A stretch of 64,000 bases of DNA. It comes from the human T2T-CHM13v2.0 reference genome, Homo sapiens. The translations under genes were made by a program, and so were the position numbers. The notes beneath the pieces were generated by a model, which was not told the DNA's origin, searched no databases, and was given only the letters and a program-made list of their open reading frames with translations. Within the stretch, counting starts at the first letter, position 1. Every line of letters starts with the position of its first letter. Below, piece by piece: positions 1 to 13,460 of this stretch. The stretch lies in NCBI RefSeq assembly GCF_009914755.1, contig NC_060929.1; one strand, 5' to 3'.

Positions 1-79
1 CCAAGTAAAGTGATGTCTGAAGAAATGTCTTTTGGTTTTAGTAACATGTTCGTACCCTTTGTTTCTAAGCACAACTTGT

Positions 80-410
80 TCCTCCCACTTAGAATGTTCT
101 TTACCCATTTTTGTACTGGCTGAACACCCAGTCTTCCTTCCAGATGTTTCTCAAATAGTCCCTCCTCTATGAAGCCTTCCCCAGCAAAATTATTTTCTTG
201 CCCTAGTTTGATAGCTATAGTAACACATATAAGGTTCTCATAGATGGTTTTGTGTACATCTCTGTGCTCTGACAAGATATTGAATTCCTGAGTTCACCAA
301 GTTTGTATGATTTTTTTTTTAGGACTGGCATCTTGTGTTACTCATCTTTTTATTCTTAATGTTCCACACAGTGGCTGGCAAGTAGGTAGTGCTTGAAAAT
401 GTTTGTGGAT
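80..410 (+). mobile_element. L2 LINE 3' fragment
   Basis: Degenerate L2 3' terminus (cacacagtggctggcaagtaggtagtgcttgaaaatgtttgtgga); boundaries approximate. Confidence 0.55.
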
Positions 411-1749
411 TTGAAAGCTTGATTTTGAATATGGCCTTAGGCAAAAAGCAGCGTTTCAAATTGCATATTAAAAGTCACTTCAAAACCGAAATTTCTAAGT
501 AGCGCTGCCTATTGGATGAACTTTATCATATACTCTTTTCTCTAACAACATTCAAATACAAATTGCAATCTATTCCAAAAGATGCATTGCTATTGAACAT
601 AGGAGAAGGAGGTAGATAGGTAATAATCTATAATTGGCCAAGAATAGACTAGTCTTGTACTCTTTAGTAAGTGTTTGGATCCAAAATGATCTTTCAGGAA
701 AGTGCCACAATATTTAACAGTCAGTCAAAGAGTCTGTTGTTGCCTAGATGTTGGAATAAATTTGATAACTTCTGGAGGATTATTTTAAGTCCATGTATTC
801 ATTTGTTTAAGTTAAGTATATTAAGCCACTTCCTACTGAATAATTAATTTACCCCAAGGGTTTACATTGGAAGAGAGTTACTCTTAAAATCCACTGGAGT
901 GTATTAGGGATAAAGGTTACCTTTGATTTAGCATGCAACACTCCTTGATGTTGAATGAAAAAATAGATAGATAGACAGATAGATGCCTTATATTTTTGGT
1001 TGTAACTTTGAAAATTGGCAACATCCCTTCTCCCATCCTCTTGGTAATTTAAGTGTGCTTAATTTACTCAAATTCTTTTCTACACCTGTTCTGACATTTT
1101 ATTGCAGGGATTTTAGGGGCTTGATTATTTGTTGTGCCTCTATGTAAAGGATATTTCTAATTACAGGAGCAAAAAGAATGATGTCTGGAGTCATCTGGAG
1201 TCCAAAAAACAAAAAGCTGAGGGGTATTAAGATCTGGTTTATGGAGGTGAATGATTGTCTTAGATAACAGGAGCAAGGACCTGCTGCAATAAGTAAGGAT
1301 TTCTAATTCCCATGAAGGCCAGAAGGAGAAGCCAGTGATAACAGCTTCAGAAACTGCCCATAAATAAATTGCTGAGCTGAGGAATTATGTTCTGTTACTG
1401 AAATGTGTAAAATTATATATAAAGGGAAAGAGAGCAGCATTAATACACATGGCCAGATTCCAACTTCAGTAGGCAATCCCTTCCCTCAGGCACAAAACGA
1501 GGTAGTTGAACATTGTAGGAGAAATACACTGTGTAAGCCTGTGTCGTGCAATTCATTTGATGTTGTGACTGTTGTGGTGGGACTGGGAAAGCCTTGGTAT
1601 ACCACCAAGAAAAGAGGCTGCTGGATCTATATGGTCTGTGGGGCCCCTGGGAAGTTGGTGTACTTCTGCTGACTATTATAAACAGTTCTGCTTAGTTCAT
1701 TGAGCCAGAGTCCTAGAAGTTATCCTTGATAACTCCTTCTTTTTCTTTG

Positions 1750-1895
1750 TATGTATTGATGGGGTACAAGTGCAATTTTGCTGCATTGATGTATTGTATT
1801 ATGGTGAAGTCAGGGCCTTCAGTGTATCCGTCAGAGGAGAAACATACATTGTACCCACCAAGCAACCTCCTGTCATCCACCCCTTCCCACCCTAA
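1750..1895 (-). mobile_element. L1MA-type 3' end fragment
   Basis: ggggtacaagtgcaattttg...ggtgaagtcagggcc...cattgtaccca resembles an antisense L1MA 3' UTR end. Confidence 0.65.
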
Positions 1896-2682
1896 ACTTC
1901 CTTTCTTTTAACCCCACTTGCACCAGTTCTGTAGATTCTACCTCTAAAAATACATATTGAATCAGTGCACCTTACTCACTATTAAATATTATTTGAATGA
2001 GGGAATAAATGCATTCAACTGCCTGAGTTCAAATCACCATCAGTTCTCAACAGATCTTTCACTTGTTTTCCTCCCACTGCAAACATAGTGATATTTTCTA
2101 AAAATCACAAATCAAGTCATGTAACTCCCCAACTTAAAACCTCTAGGCTTTGGGCTAAAATCCGAAATGTTTATTACTTCCCACATCATCTTGCATAATC
2201 TTGTTCTAACTCTTTTTAATTCATCACAGCAACTGATTTTCTTGTCCTCCAATAATTTAAACTCTTTTCCATCTCTTAGCTTTAGCACCTGCTCTTTCTT
2301 CTTCCTGGAATGCTCTTATTTTCACTCTTCTGACAAACTTTACTCCCTCAGGGATCCTCAGTCTAAGTGAAGTTTCTCTGTTATACTTTTTGAAATTCTT
2401 GTACTGTTCTTTAACAGCACTTGTTAAAGCTGGAAGTTATGTAAGCTAACCTGTGGGTTTTTTTCTCCTGTAATTTTTTTCTTCTGCTTTGAAAGTTCAG
2501 GTTTCCCGTCTTGCCTTAAAGGCTTTACTCCTACAGTTCTCCCTGTTCCCCAAATCATCATTCTTCTTTACTGGGTCATTTCAATCAACTTATTAATATC
2601 CGTCAGTAGCTCTCATTAAACAGTAAGAATAACAAAAGGCCCCTGTTCACCCGAATTCTCCCTCAGTTACTGCCTCTTTTTT

Positions 2683-2950
2683 TTTCTTATGATACTTTAT
2701 GTTTTAGGGTACATGTGCACAACGTGCAGGATTGTTACATATGTATACATGTGCCATGTTGGTGTGCTGCACCCATTAAGTCGTCATTTAACATTAGGTA
2801 TATCTCCTAACGCTATCCCTCCCCCCTCCCCCCACCCCACAACAGCCCCCAGTGTGTGATGTGCCCCTTCCTGTGTCCATGTGTTCTCATTGTTCAATTC
2901 CCACCTATGAATGAGAACATGCGGTGTTTGGTTTTTTGTCCTTGCGATAG
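2683..2950 (-). mobile_element. 5'-truncated L1PA (L1PA4-like) 3' end
   Basis: Antisense L1PA 3' UTR (tagggtacatgtgcacaacgtgcagg...catttaacattaggtatatctcc); TSD tgcctctttttt at 2671-2682 and 2951-2962. Confidence 0.92.
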
Positions 2951-2999
2951 TGCCTCTTTTTTGTTGTTGTTCTCCCACAGCAAAAGTTCCAAAATGAGT

Positions 3000-4460
3000 T
3001 AGTTGTCTGTAGTCTCTGTCTCATTTCTTGTCTGTCATTCACCTCAGAGCCCATTTCAGTTAAGCTTTGATCCACACCGTTCCACTGAAATTACCCTCTT
3101 CAGGGTTCTCAGTGACCTTCATTTTACCAAATCCACTGGTTAGTTCTCTCTCCTTTCCTGGCTTCTCAGCAACCCTCAGCACGCTGGATCATTTCCTCCT
3201 TGGAACATTCTTTGTTCTTGGCTTTTGTGACTGATGTGGTCTCCCAGGCTGCAAGAGCTGAGATGGAGGTAGGCTGGCAAGATTTTTATTGAGGGGAGGG
3301 GATTGACCGTGAAAGATACAAGAGGAGCAAAGCAAGATTGGTCAAGCCTTCAGACCAAGATCTAACACCTATGGAAGTTGAGAGGGGTGGAAGCAGGATT
3401 GGGTAGGGAAGACCATAATGCAGATCTAACAAAGTATTTGACAATCCACTGGGACCTCTGGAGCAAAGGTTGCTTGTTAGAGGAAACCCATGTTAGGTAG
3501 ACTTGGCCAGGTCATACTACCCACAGTGTGCTCTCTTATTGGCTAGGGAAGTATTTGTCCTTAACACAAAAGCAAAGCAGATCCTAAGGTGTTAACAGGT
3601 GAAGGTTGTCAGTTAACTGTACTCTTTACAGCTGAATGGCAAGTTGTTTCTTGAAAGGACATCCTAGCAGCATACCCCCCTCCATGGCTTGCTACAGTGA
3701 TGCACATTTCTTTGTCTTTTCCTTACCTTAGTCATCACTTCTTCTCAGTTTCCTTTGTTTCCTTCTCCTCTTGTTGTCAACCTTTGAAAGTTAGCATATG
3801 TCAGGATTTGTTTCTGGACTCTGCCCTTGTTTGTAGTTTCTTCCTAAGTCCTGTGGTTTAAATCCCATTTCTGTGCCTCAATCCTTTACATCTCTAGTTC
3901 TGCCCACTCCGCTGACCTCCAGACTTACAGATCTAATAGCCTGCTGGTTAACTACTCTTTGGATGTCTAACCAGACACTTTAAGCTATATGATCAAAATA
4001 AAACTCTTGGTTTTCTTCTCCAAACCGGTAGCTCTCCTATTTTTCCTTATTTCTATAAACAACACTGCACCCATCCATGTATTAATAATTGACTAGACCA
4101 GAGATGTGAGAGTCATTCTTGATTTTTCTTTACCTTTCATGTTAAATCCCTTAGCAAGTCTATCTGTTGTACATCTAAAATATAACACTTACTTGTCCAT
4201 TTTTCTCCTTCTCCACAATGACCCATGTTGTCCAGTACATTAGAAACCATTATGATCCATCATGTGGACTCTGCAGTGGTATCTTAACTGGACTGTTTGC
4301 TTTCTTTTTGCCTTCCCAGAATCCCCTAGAATGAAAGCTCCGTGAGGGCAAGGGCTTTAACTGTCTTACTCATCTCTGTGTCCACAGCGCCCAGAACACT
4401 ATCTGGTACAGAGTGGATACTCATTAAATATTTGTCATATGTATAAAGATTGAATGAATC
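3000..4460 (+). mobile_element. L2 LINE fragments, interrupted by an LTR
   Basis: L2-like motifs, with 3' terminus ctagaatgaaagctccgtgagggcaaggg...cattaaatatttg...gaatgaat. Confidence 0.7.
3235..3696 (-). mobile_element. ERVL-class solo LTR (LTR33-like)
   Basis: TG...CA-bounded segment with ggagcaaaggttgcttgttagagg and gtcagttaactgtactctttacagctgaatggcaag motifs. Subfamily and strand from memory. Confidence 0.55.
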
Positions 4461-4510
4461 ACTTCTTTAGTTGGAATTTATAACATAAATCAGATTATGC
4501 TCTTTCTTGC

Positions 4511-5320
4511 TGTGACATCATAAAAAAATACGTATTTGGTCTCAGTCCCCAGTTTCTGACACTGAGCTCCTAAAACCCTTGTAATTTTTCTGGGTGATGG
4601 GATGATGGCGCAGCTTCTACAGAGCTCCTAAATCCTTGGAATTTTCTGGGTGATAGAAGCATGTTTTGTGCTAATGAGGTGACTCTTGGTTGACTTCTGG
4701 ATGGCTTCAACATGGGGCTGGTCACCAGAAAAACCAAGCCATGATTAGACATTTGGAACTTTAAGCTCTACCCCCATCCTCCAGGGAGAGGAGTGAAGAT
4801 GGAAATTGAGTTAATAATTTATTATGTCTGTGTGATGAAGTCTCCATAAAAAAATCTCAAAACTATGAGAGCTTCCAGTTTGGTAAATACAACCACATGC
4901 CAGGAGCCTACCCAACTCCGTAGAGACAGAAGCTCTTGCACTCAGGAACTTCCAGACCTTACCCTATATACCGCTCTTCAATCCGAGTGTTCATCTGTAT
5001 CCTTTATAATAAACTGGTAAATGTAAGTCAAGGGTTTCCCTGAGTTCTGTGAGCCCTTATAGCAAATTACCAAACCTGAGAAGGGGGTTGTAGCCAAGTT
5101 AATTAGAAATACCAGCAAACCAAACTTGCGATTGGCATCTGAAATGGGGGCTGTCTTGTGAGACTGAGTCCTAAACTTGGGTCTGACGTTAACTCCAGTT
5201 AGACAGTGTCAGAATGAAATTGAATTGTAGGATGCCCAGTTGGTATCTGCTGGATAATTTATTGTTGGTATGGAAAAACACACACATTTTGTGTCAGAAG
5301 TATTACGAGTATAAAAAGCA
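4511..5320 (+). mobile_element. MER21-family LTR
   Basis: tgtga...tatttggtctc...gagctcctaaaacccttg start with the family's internal repeat; ends cacacattttgtgtcagaagt. Confidence 0.8.
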
Positions 5321-5324
5321 GATT

Positions 5325-5450
5325 TCCTTCCTTCCTTCCTTCCTTCCTTCCAACTTCCTTCCTTCCTTCCTAACTTCCTTCCTTCCTTCCCTCCCTCCCC
5401 GCCTCCTTCCCTCCCTCCCTCCGCCCTCCTTCCCCCCTCCCTCCCTCCCT
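5325..5450 (+). repeat. (CCTT)n/(CCCT)n polypyrimidine simple repeat
   Basis: Directly visible ttccttcc/ctccctcc array. Confidence 0.95.
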
Positions 5451-6551
5451 AAAATCCAGTGGTTTATCCATTTAGAATAGAATCCAGATTGCAAGATTCT
5501 CCTCCATCTGGCTCCTTCCTACCTCACTGACCTTATCTCATGTTACACTGTGCTCCAGCCACAGCTTACCTCCATTTCTCACACTGAGCTCTTTCCCAGA
5601 TTAGGAGGTTTCACTTGTTTGTTCTACTTCCTGGTGTGTTCTAAGGCAAGATAATAGCTCCTTATCATTCAGTTCAAATTCCAGAATGTCATGGCCTCAG
5701 AGATACTTACTTTTCTTGTCCATTGTATGTAATTTGGGACCTTTCCTCTGATTTTGTTATATACTTGTATTTTATTTAGCAATACAAAAATGAATAATTA
5801 GAAGAACCAGTTAATTTTTCAAGCTATTTAGTCTCTAAACTTTATTTTCACTTAGGACATTAGAACAACTAGGCTCTTTTTAATTTTTAATTAATTGATA
5901 GCGCTTCCTTCCAGTCCTATCTATCAAAGAACGCTTTCTTACCCTCCAGTGTATCTAAAATGAAGAACCCAAAGTAGCTAGACCAGATCCTAGAAAATTG
6001 AGTGATTTATGATCATTTTAGGAAGGTCCTTAGGTGCTGTACCGTAAATATTTGGTAGTCTTTTTTTTTTTTTCCTGTGGTTTTCTAAACCCTCAGAGAC
6101 TTCCTCAGGAGAGTGACATCATCAAATTTATTTTTATTTTTTGTAATAAAAAGATCATTTTTATGACAGGGTAAAGAAGAGCTAGGCTAAAGACAGGGAG
6201 TTCAGCTCAGTCACAAGATTAGTTCTAGAGTCTACACAACAGGAATAAAGGTCCAATCCAGGACACTCGTGGCAAGTTGGTGGAAAAGAAGGGACAAGTG
6301 TGTGGCATGCTTCAAAATGGGATTCATCAGACCTTATCATCTGATCAGATATTCATTCAGTCATGAGTTATTGGCACTTACTCTGTGTTATATCCTGAGC
6401 TAGGTTCTAAGGGATGCTAGTGAGCAGGATAGCTCCCAATCTAGTCAGGGAGAAAAATACTAATGAAGTATAGTTATAGTTTACAGGCAGTCCTTTGAAG
6501 CTGACAGAATAAAACTTATAGGATGATGATGATAATGATAAAATAATAATA

Positions 6552-6790
6552 TTGCTTGAGGCCAGGAGTTTGAGAGCAGCCTAGGCAACAGAGTGAGACA
6601 CCTTCTCTACAAAAAATAAAAAAAGAATAAACCAGGCATGGTGGCACATGCCTGCAGTCCTAGCTACTCAAGAGGCTGAGGTGGGAGGATTGCTTGAGCC
6701 TAGGAGTTCGAGGTTGTAGTGAGCTGATTAAATGCACTCCAGCTTGGGTGACAAGTGATACCTTGCCAGCCAATCAATCAAAAAAATAAT
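6552..6790 (+). mobile_element. AluJ, 5'-truncated
   Basis: ttgcttgaggccaggagtttgag...ggaggattgcttgagcctaggagttcgagg (J diagnostics). Confidence 0.88.
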
Positions 6791-6829
6791 TAAATCGTAC
6801 ATATATACATATAAAATAATAATTCGAGA

Positions 6830-7560
6830 GAAGAGGTCAGGGAAGACTTTCCCAGGGAGATAATGTTTTAGTTGAGAATGGAGGAGGAGAGAGATACATG
6901 TGTGAGGCAAAATTATATTCTAGACAGAAGGCTACATGTGCATTGTAGGGATGGAGAAGAAGGAGTCAAGGATGAATGAGACCACTTCCTTGAACAGTTG
7001 TGTTAATGCTGACTCTCCCCAAGTGATACAGGGAAGGTAGGAGGAGAGCCGGTATGAGGGGAAAGATATTACATTCTATTTTTGGCATGTTAAGTTTTAG
7101 CTGCCTGCAGGAAAACCACATGTCTGGCTGATAGTTGGAAATGTAGAATTGCAGCCCAGGTGATGGATAGATACATGGATAGTAAAACTTAGACCTGAGA
7201 GACATTGTATAGGTGGTGTTGAAGTCAGAGGGATTGGTACATTTACCTCAGAACACTGAGGAACACAAACTAGCTTTTTAAAGACAAAAGTCAGATGTAG
7301 AAGGGACAGGAAAACTGAGCATCAGAGGAGGAAAAGGCTTCAAGGAATAGATAGGTGAAGGATGTGCATAACTGTTGTATTTGGCAGCCAGGCAGTCATT
7401 GTGGTCTCTCTCAGAATATAGTTTCAGTAAAGTGGCAGAGACAGAAAATAAGGCTGCATAGAAAATGTGAAAGAAGTTTTGGTAGAGAAGGGAAGAAGTG
7501 TGGAGAGGTGGAAATAATGGCTGTTTCATTAAGGATGGTGCATGAATATAGGCAGAGTGG
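6830..7560 (-). mobile_element. L2 LINE fragment
   Basis: Purine-rich antisense L2 motifs (ttttggcatgttaagttttag...ctgtatttggcagccaggcagtcattg...gtttcagt). Confidence 0.6.
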
Positions 7561-8600
7561 AGAGGAAGAATGAAGTTAATGAGTTGAATAACCATAAATA
7601 GGTCAACATTTTTAGGAATTTTTCTTTGCCTTTTTTTGGACTCTGTACTAGGGCATTGCCATTTTATTTTATAGCTCTAAGTGTAATAAACCCACTAGTA
7701 GTGGATGTCGGAAAGTTGCAGAGTAGCAGTGTAATCAACATGTGGACTCTGTCTTTTTGTTCGGTAGTTGACCATTCAGCTGGAATTGCTCCCTATTTAT
7801 GAAATTTTAATAACACACTTCACTGATTTCTTGGCTGTGTACCTAGTGTTTCTCAGTTTTATTGAAAATCGAAACAAATTTGTGTCATTTTTCTTATTTA
7901 ATGATTAAGGCACAATATTTTGGGTAATTTTCTTCCTATAATTAAATGCCATCAATTCAATAAAATTATTTGAGCTTATTTGTAAGGCACAACTAATTAG
8001 ACTCTGTTCTCAAAGAGTTCACAGTGTAATGTGGGAGAGAAAAATGTACAGTGTAAAATATAATGTGATATGACAAGTTTTATAGAAAGGGAGTGTAATA
8101 CACTCAAACATACAGAAACACAGAAAAGTTATACATTTAGCCTAGATACATTTCCACAGGTGGGCACTGACCTGAACCTGACCCATATCTCTTCCACATG
8201 TTGTGTTCTCATTTAAATAACTTTTTTGAGATTTTAATTTTCCTGTGTAATTTTAATCTTAATGTTGCTATTCTGTTTCTCTAATTCCTGTGGTAAGTGT
8301 GTCTTCAAACTGTCTGTTCCTTGAAGGCACACAATTAAGAGAAATACTGGAATGAAGGAGCAAGCGAATGAATCAAGGCATGTAACCAGACTAATCGCTT
8401 CAGAAGGTTGTGGATTTTTGTCTGTTTTGTTTAGCACCTTATCTCCAGCACTTAGAGCAGTTCTTGGGATACCACTGGGTTTGTAAATACTTTTTGACTG
8501 AATGGAAGGAAGATGTAGGGAGAGAAGGAAGAAAGGAAATTTTTAATGTATTCACTTCTGGAAGAGTAGTGAAAAGGAAAAAGACACAAAATCCAATTCT

Positions 8601-8924
<324 letters not shown>

Positions 8925-10441
8925 TTAGACATTTAAAATATAGATTTAATTATTGTTTGAAAAAAAATTGGATCTCAGTGTATTTTTAAAAATCTGTTCT
9001 GTTATTGTGAATAATCCAGCATGGTATTTTCTTTCTTACAGTTTTCAGTAGACTGGGCACCCACAATGGAATTTTTCTGATAAGCAACTTTTATAAACAA
9101 GACATCCCCAAACATTTTATATTATGTTTTTCTTTAGATCATTTCCACCTTCTCTTCAATTTCTTCTCTTTTGTATTTCCTTAACACTCCGTTTTAATTT
9201 TGCTGTCCTAGGACTTTTAGATTAATATACTTAAAAATTATTGGGTTCTATTCTATCTTATTGATTCATTAGAGGTCATACGCTTCTTGGAAAAACATTT
9301 GCTTCTCAAAAATTTATATCTTATCTGTTGTATGCCCAAGACAATATATAACTTAGTATAAATATGGAATTATACTGTCCATAGAAACTCAAATATTCCT
9401 GATATCAATATATGTTGCTTTATAATTTTATCTATTTAATGAATTCACTTAATTTTTATTCACTGTTCTGTTTTTAATTTTCTACTCTTTGCATGTGAAT
9501 CAAATTAAGATAGTTTATTTGGAAGCCGTATTGCCAAGCAGCTATGGAAAGCTTTGGCTTACATTTTGAAATTTTTTTCCTTTGTCTTTGGCCAACAGCT
9601 CAACCCCTTTGGTGTCCCATCTGCTTAACACACGACAGCTATGGCATATTTCCATTTATCTGGGTCAGAAGATAAAGAGGGCTTCAAATCAGCCTGGATA
9701 TTACCTACCATTGCTCTGGGTCTGATACAGTGAAAGATGGAAACTTTGTTTTTCCCAGGAATAGATGCAATTAAACCCATTACTGTGAAATGCCCCTAAT
9801 TGAATTCTAGATGTTACTTAACTTTCAGAACATATAAGCACCCACCTCAAAGGAATAGCATGTTGCTATATTCTCTCTTTACTTCATCACTCTTCATGTT
9901 AAGTTCTCATGATCATACCAGATTTGTTTTGTTTTTTGACTGATGTCTCTTGACTCGGATTTCCTTTGAGAGACTAAACTGGTCTAGGGCAGATCTTATT
10001 TTTAGAAGTCCAGAGAGTTAAGTTTTTCCCCTGTGTAGCCAATACATCCATGAATTAGGAAAGTAACTTTATTTTTTTCAACACAAATTATTATCAGTTC
10101 AAAACAGCACTATTTATTTTTTCTTTTGATTTGTTAATTTGATTGCTTGTTTTCACACACCTTACCTCATTCCAAAAATGATTTTGAAGAAATGTAAAAC
10201 AATAAATGTAATACAACATTATATGAAACATTCAGGGCCATGGGAAGGTTAGGGTGAAGGAATAAAGTTAGTTCACAAAGAATTATTAAGAGAAGGTCTT
10301 GCTGCTCGTGAGAAGTTAGGTTATAGATTCATCTCCAAACTGTCCAGTGACTATGACAAAATTGGAGACATATTCAGTTAAGCCTCAGGATCTCCAAGAG
10401 GAGAAAATAGACCTTTCTTTTCAACAGAGTAAGAAAGAAAC

Positions 10442-10586
10442 ACTTTTCCCCAGGGACCTTCATATAGGGAACACTGGTGGATGTAGACAGTATCCTAAAC
10501 AAAAAACACAATCAATCAAACTTTTCCCAGGACCCTCATATAGGGAACACTGGTGAATGTAGACAGTATCCTGAACAATAAACACA
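10442..10586. repeat. Diverged tandem duplication, about 68-bp unit, 78-bp period
   Basis: acttttccc..catatagggaacactggtg.atgtagacagtatcct.aacaa.aaacaca at 10442-10510 and 10520-10586. Confidence 0.92.
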
Positions 10587-10589
10587 GTT

Positions 10590-10800
10590 GGGCATTTACT
10601 ATGGGCAAGAGACTGTATTAAGTGCTTTGTGTATATTTCTCATCCAATTCTTTAAAATAACTATAAAGTATTTCCCATTAGGAAACTGAGGCTCTGAGAG
10701 GTCAAGTGACTTGTTCAATATCACCAGTTAGGAGACAGGAGTTAAAAACAGGCAAAATGACTTCATTGTCCTCACCCTCAATCATTTTTCTATACTGTTA
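10590..10800 (-). mobile_element. MIR
   Basis: MIR core ggaaactgaggctctgagaggtcaagtgacttg. Confidence 0.75.
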
Positions 10801-11809
10801 CTCATGTCGTTATTTTTTGTTGCACTCTTTAACACAAGTCCAAGCAGAACCTAAAAATGAAGAAAAGCCATCCTAAGAGGAGATCAAAGCAATGCAGTCT
10901 AAATATAAAATCAGCTCTCTGGGTAGGGGTAAAGTTTAGAGCCATGTTTTAATGTTTGTTAGATTTCTCTGATGATCTAAGGGGAAACTGTAGAACTTCT
11001 CTGTAAAAAGTACACATATATACGATTTTAGGTACCTCGCAGACCCTTGTCACCCTAACCCCTAGTGCACAAAACTATACACAGATCTAGAGGTGGACAG
11101 CAGAGAGGCAAAGCTATCAGAATTTCGTCTGATAAATCCCAAGTGTTTTACATGGAGACAGCTGTGTTGCTTTGACTGGCTGCTGAATATTAGGGGGCAT
11201 GTCCCTTCATAAGGCCTAAGTTAGAAGAGATTTCACTAAATTCCAAATCCTAGCTCTCATAGTGCTTCAGACATTTCCTGGGATTGAGGGAAATGTTTGA
11301 AAACTTAAAAAAAAAAATCTTTAGTAGTACCTGTCTTACTAGGATGTTTGACATTTGATGGTCTCACTACTTAGTTACAGTTTTTATTTGTTACAGTATT
11401 AGTAACTAATAGTTACTAGGTATAGTAAGGGTCATTTTAAGTTATAGAATGGGTCATTTTTAGAATGGGTCATTTTTACTGTTGCATTCTGGTCCTCATT
11501 TCTGGAGTAAATTTAAGAGTTGTGCTGTCCATTGCATTTAGACTAGTTAACTATAGGGATAGGTGAAAACCAAACTATGAAAGCAAGCCTTTTAATATTT
11601 CAGGAAAACGTGTATTGATTACAGCCTCTGGAAACTGGACTAACAATACTGTAGGAATACTTTTCGAAGTCCCTGTATCAGATTTCCCTATATCAGCAAT
11701 ATAACATAAGAATGCTCTGCTTGCTTAGCAGTGTCTGACCCAATTTTATATAATGATTATACAACCATAGATTCACACACAGTTATCTTTTAGATGTTAA
11801 AGTAGAAGG

Positions 11810-12010
11810 GTATGCTTTGCAACCAGGTTGACCTGGATTAGAATCCTAACTCTGCTACTACTAACTGTGTCACCATGGGCAGATTATATAACTTCTCACA
11901 TCATCTCTCAAATGGGGATAATAAAAGTAACCATGGTAAAATGCTGAGCTTAGATGAGATAACATGTGTAAAGCCCTTAACATAGTGCTTATATAATACA
12001 GACCTAACAC
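11810..12010 (+). mobile_element. MIR
   Basis: gaatcctaactctgctactactaactgtgtcaccatgggcag...aaatggggataata...tgtaaagcccttaacatagtgc. Confidence 0.75.
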
Positions 12011-12436
12011 ATGTTTAGCTTTGATTCATATTATTGTACCTAATGGTGGAGCTGTAAGCAACGAGCATCTCTGTGATTGTTGGTGTAATCCTAAAGGTCT
12101 TAAGTAACTGGAAAACATATGGAGAGTATGCCAAGTTTCATCTTGTTTCAGCATGGGCTGTCCTTGTGCGTAGCACTTCTTTAGGATGTCGCCACCAGTA
12201 CTTTTTATCAAATAGCCTGTTTCTGATGGTAAAATGCTGCTTAGGTGGTTCCACTTGCTCTGTTGATCCTAGTAGTTCATAGCCTCTGTGCAAAGTTTTA
12301 AAAGCTTTTCTGGATCTACTTTATTTTCTCATTTGAACTCTGTGCCTTAGCTGTTGGTGATTTTTTCTCCTACATGCAGTTCTTCCGCCCGTACACATAG
12401 AAAATGTATCCCCCTAGAGTTATTTAAGAGAATAGA

Positions 12437-12765
<329 letters not shown>

Positions 12766-12809
12766 CTAATGAACAAATGTGTCACAGATATGGGGGGAGA
12801 AAGCATAAG

Positions 12810-12935
12810 GGATGATTGACTATGACACGCAGTCATAGTAGGAGGGATCCCTTATACTTGTGTCCTTTGAAAGGATGATTGACTATGACACGCAGTCATA
12901 GTAGGAGGGATCCCTTATACTTGTGTCCTTTGAAA
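12810..12935. repeat. Perfect 63-bp tandem duplication
   Basis: ggatgattgactatgacacgcagtcatagtaggagggatcccttatacttgtgtcctttgaaa at 12810-12872 and 12873-12935, identical. Confidence 0.97.
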
Positions 12936-13339
12936 GTGTTTTCTCATTGATTATGTTAATTGGGAGAAAAGTTGATATTCATTTTGTTAAAGAGAAAGGA
13001 CTTCATTTCTTTAACATACATCACATTAGCAAGACTTTCAGAGTAATTATCCCTAAAAGGTACAAAATACAAATAATATTAACTTTATTTTGAGTTACTT
13101 TTATAGATATGGAAAATTTGCAGTATTCTTCCTCAAGTGAAAGTACTGCTTGAACCAACAATATTGATAGCATACAAATCCAAAATTGTTAGGACCTTAC
13201 TTGTTTTCATGGATTCATATAGACAGGACTATGAAATGTGAAGTAGACAGTAATGTGCCATGACAGCACATTAGGTCTGTTAGTTGATTATTTCACTTAA
13301 CTGAATGTTTACGTTAATTATTACTTAATCCTTTTATAC

Positions 13340-13460
13340 TTTTTGTCTCTACAAAATAGAAATAATAGTAGTACCTTCTTCAGAGAGTTGTGAGGATTAG
13401 ATGGTAAAGTGCTTTTAGAATAGTGCATACTTCATTATGTGTACTTAAATGTTAGCGATC
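13340..13460 (+). mobile_element. MIR fragment
   Basis: aaaatagaaataatagtagtacc...gttgtgaggattagatggtaaagtgctt. Confidence 0.6.

Noticed and set aside
4560-4660. Direct repeat gagctcc.aaa.ccttg.aattt..tgggtgat
   Set aside because: As I recall, an intrinsic feature of the MER21 consensus rather than locus-specific.
12810-12935. 63-bp repeat as a CRISPR-like array or C/D snoRNA
   Set aside because: Only two abutting copies with no spacers, in a primate intron; ATGATTG is an imperfect C box and there is no CTGA D box.
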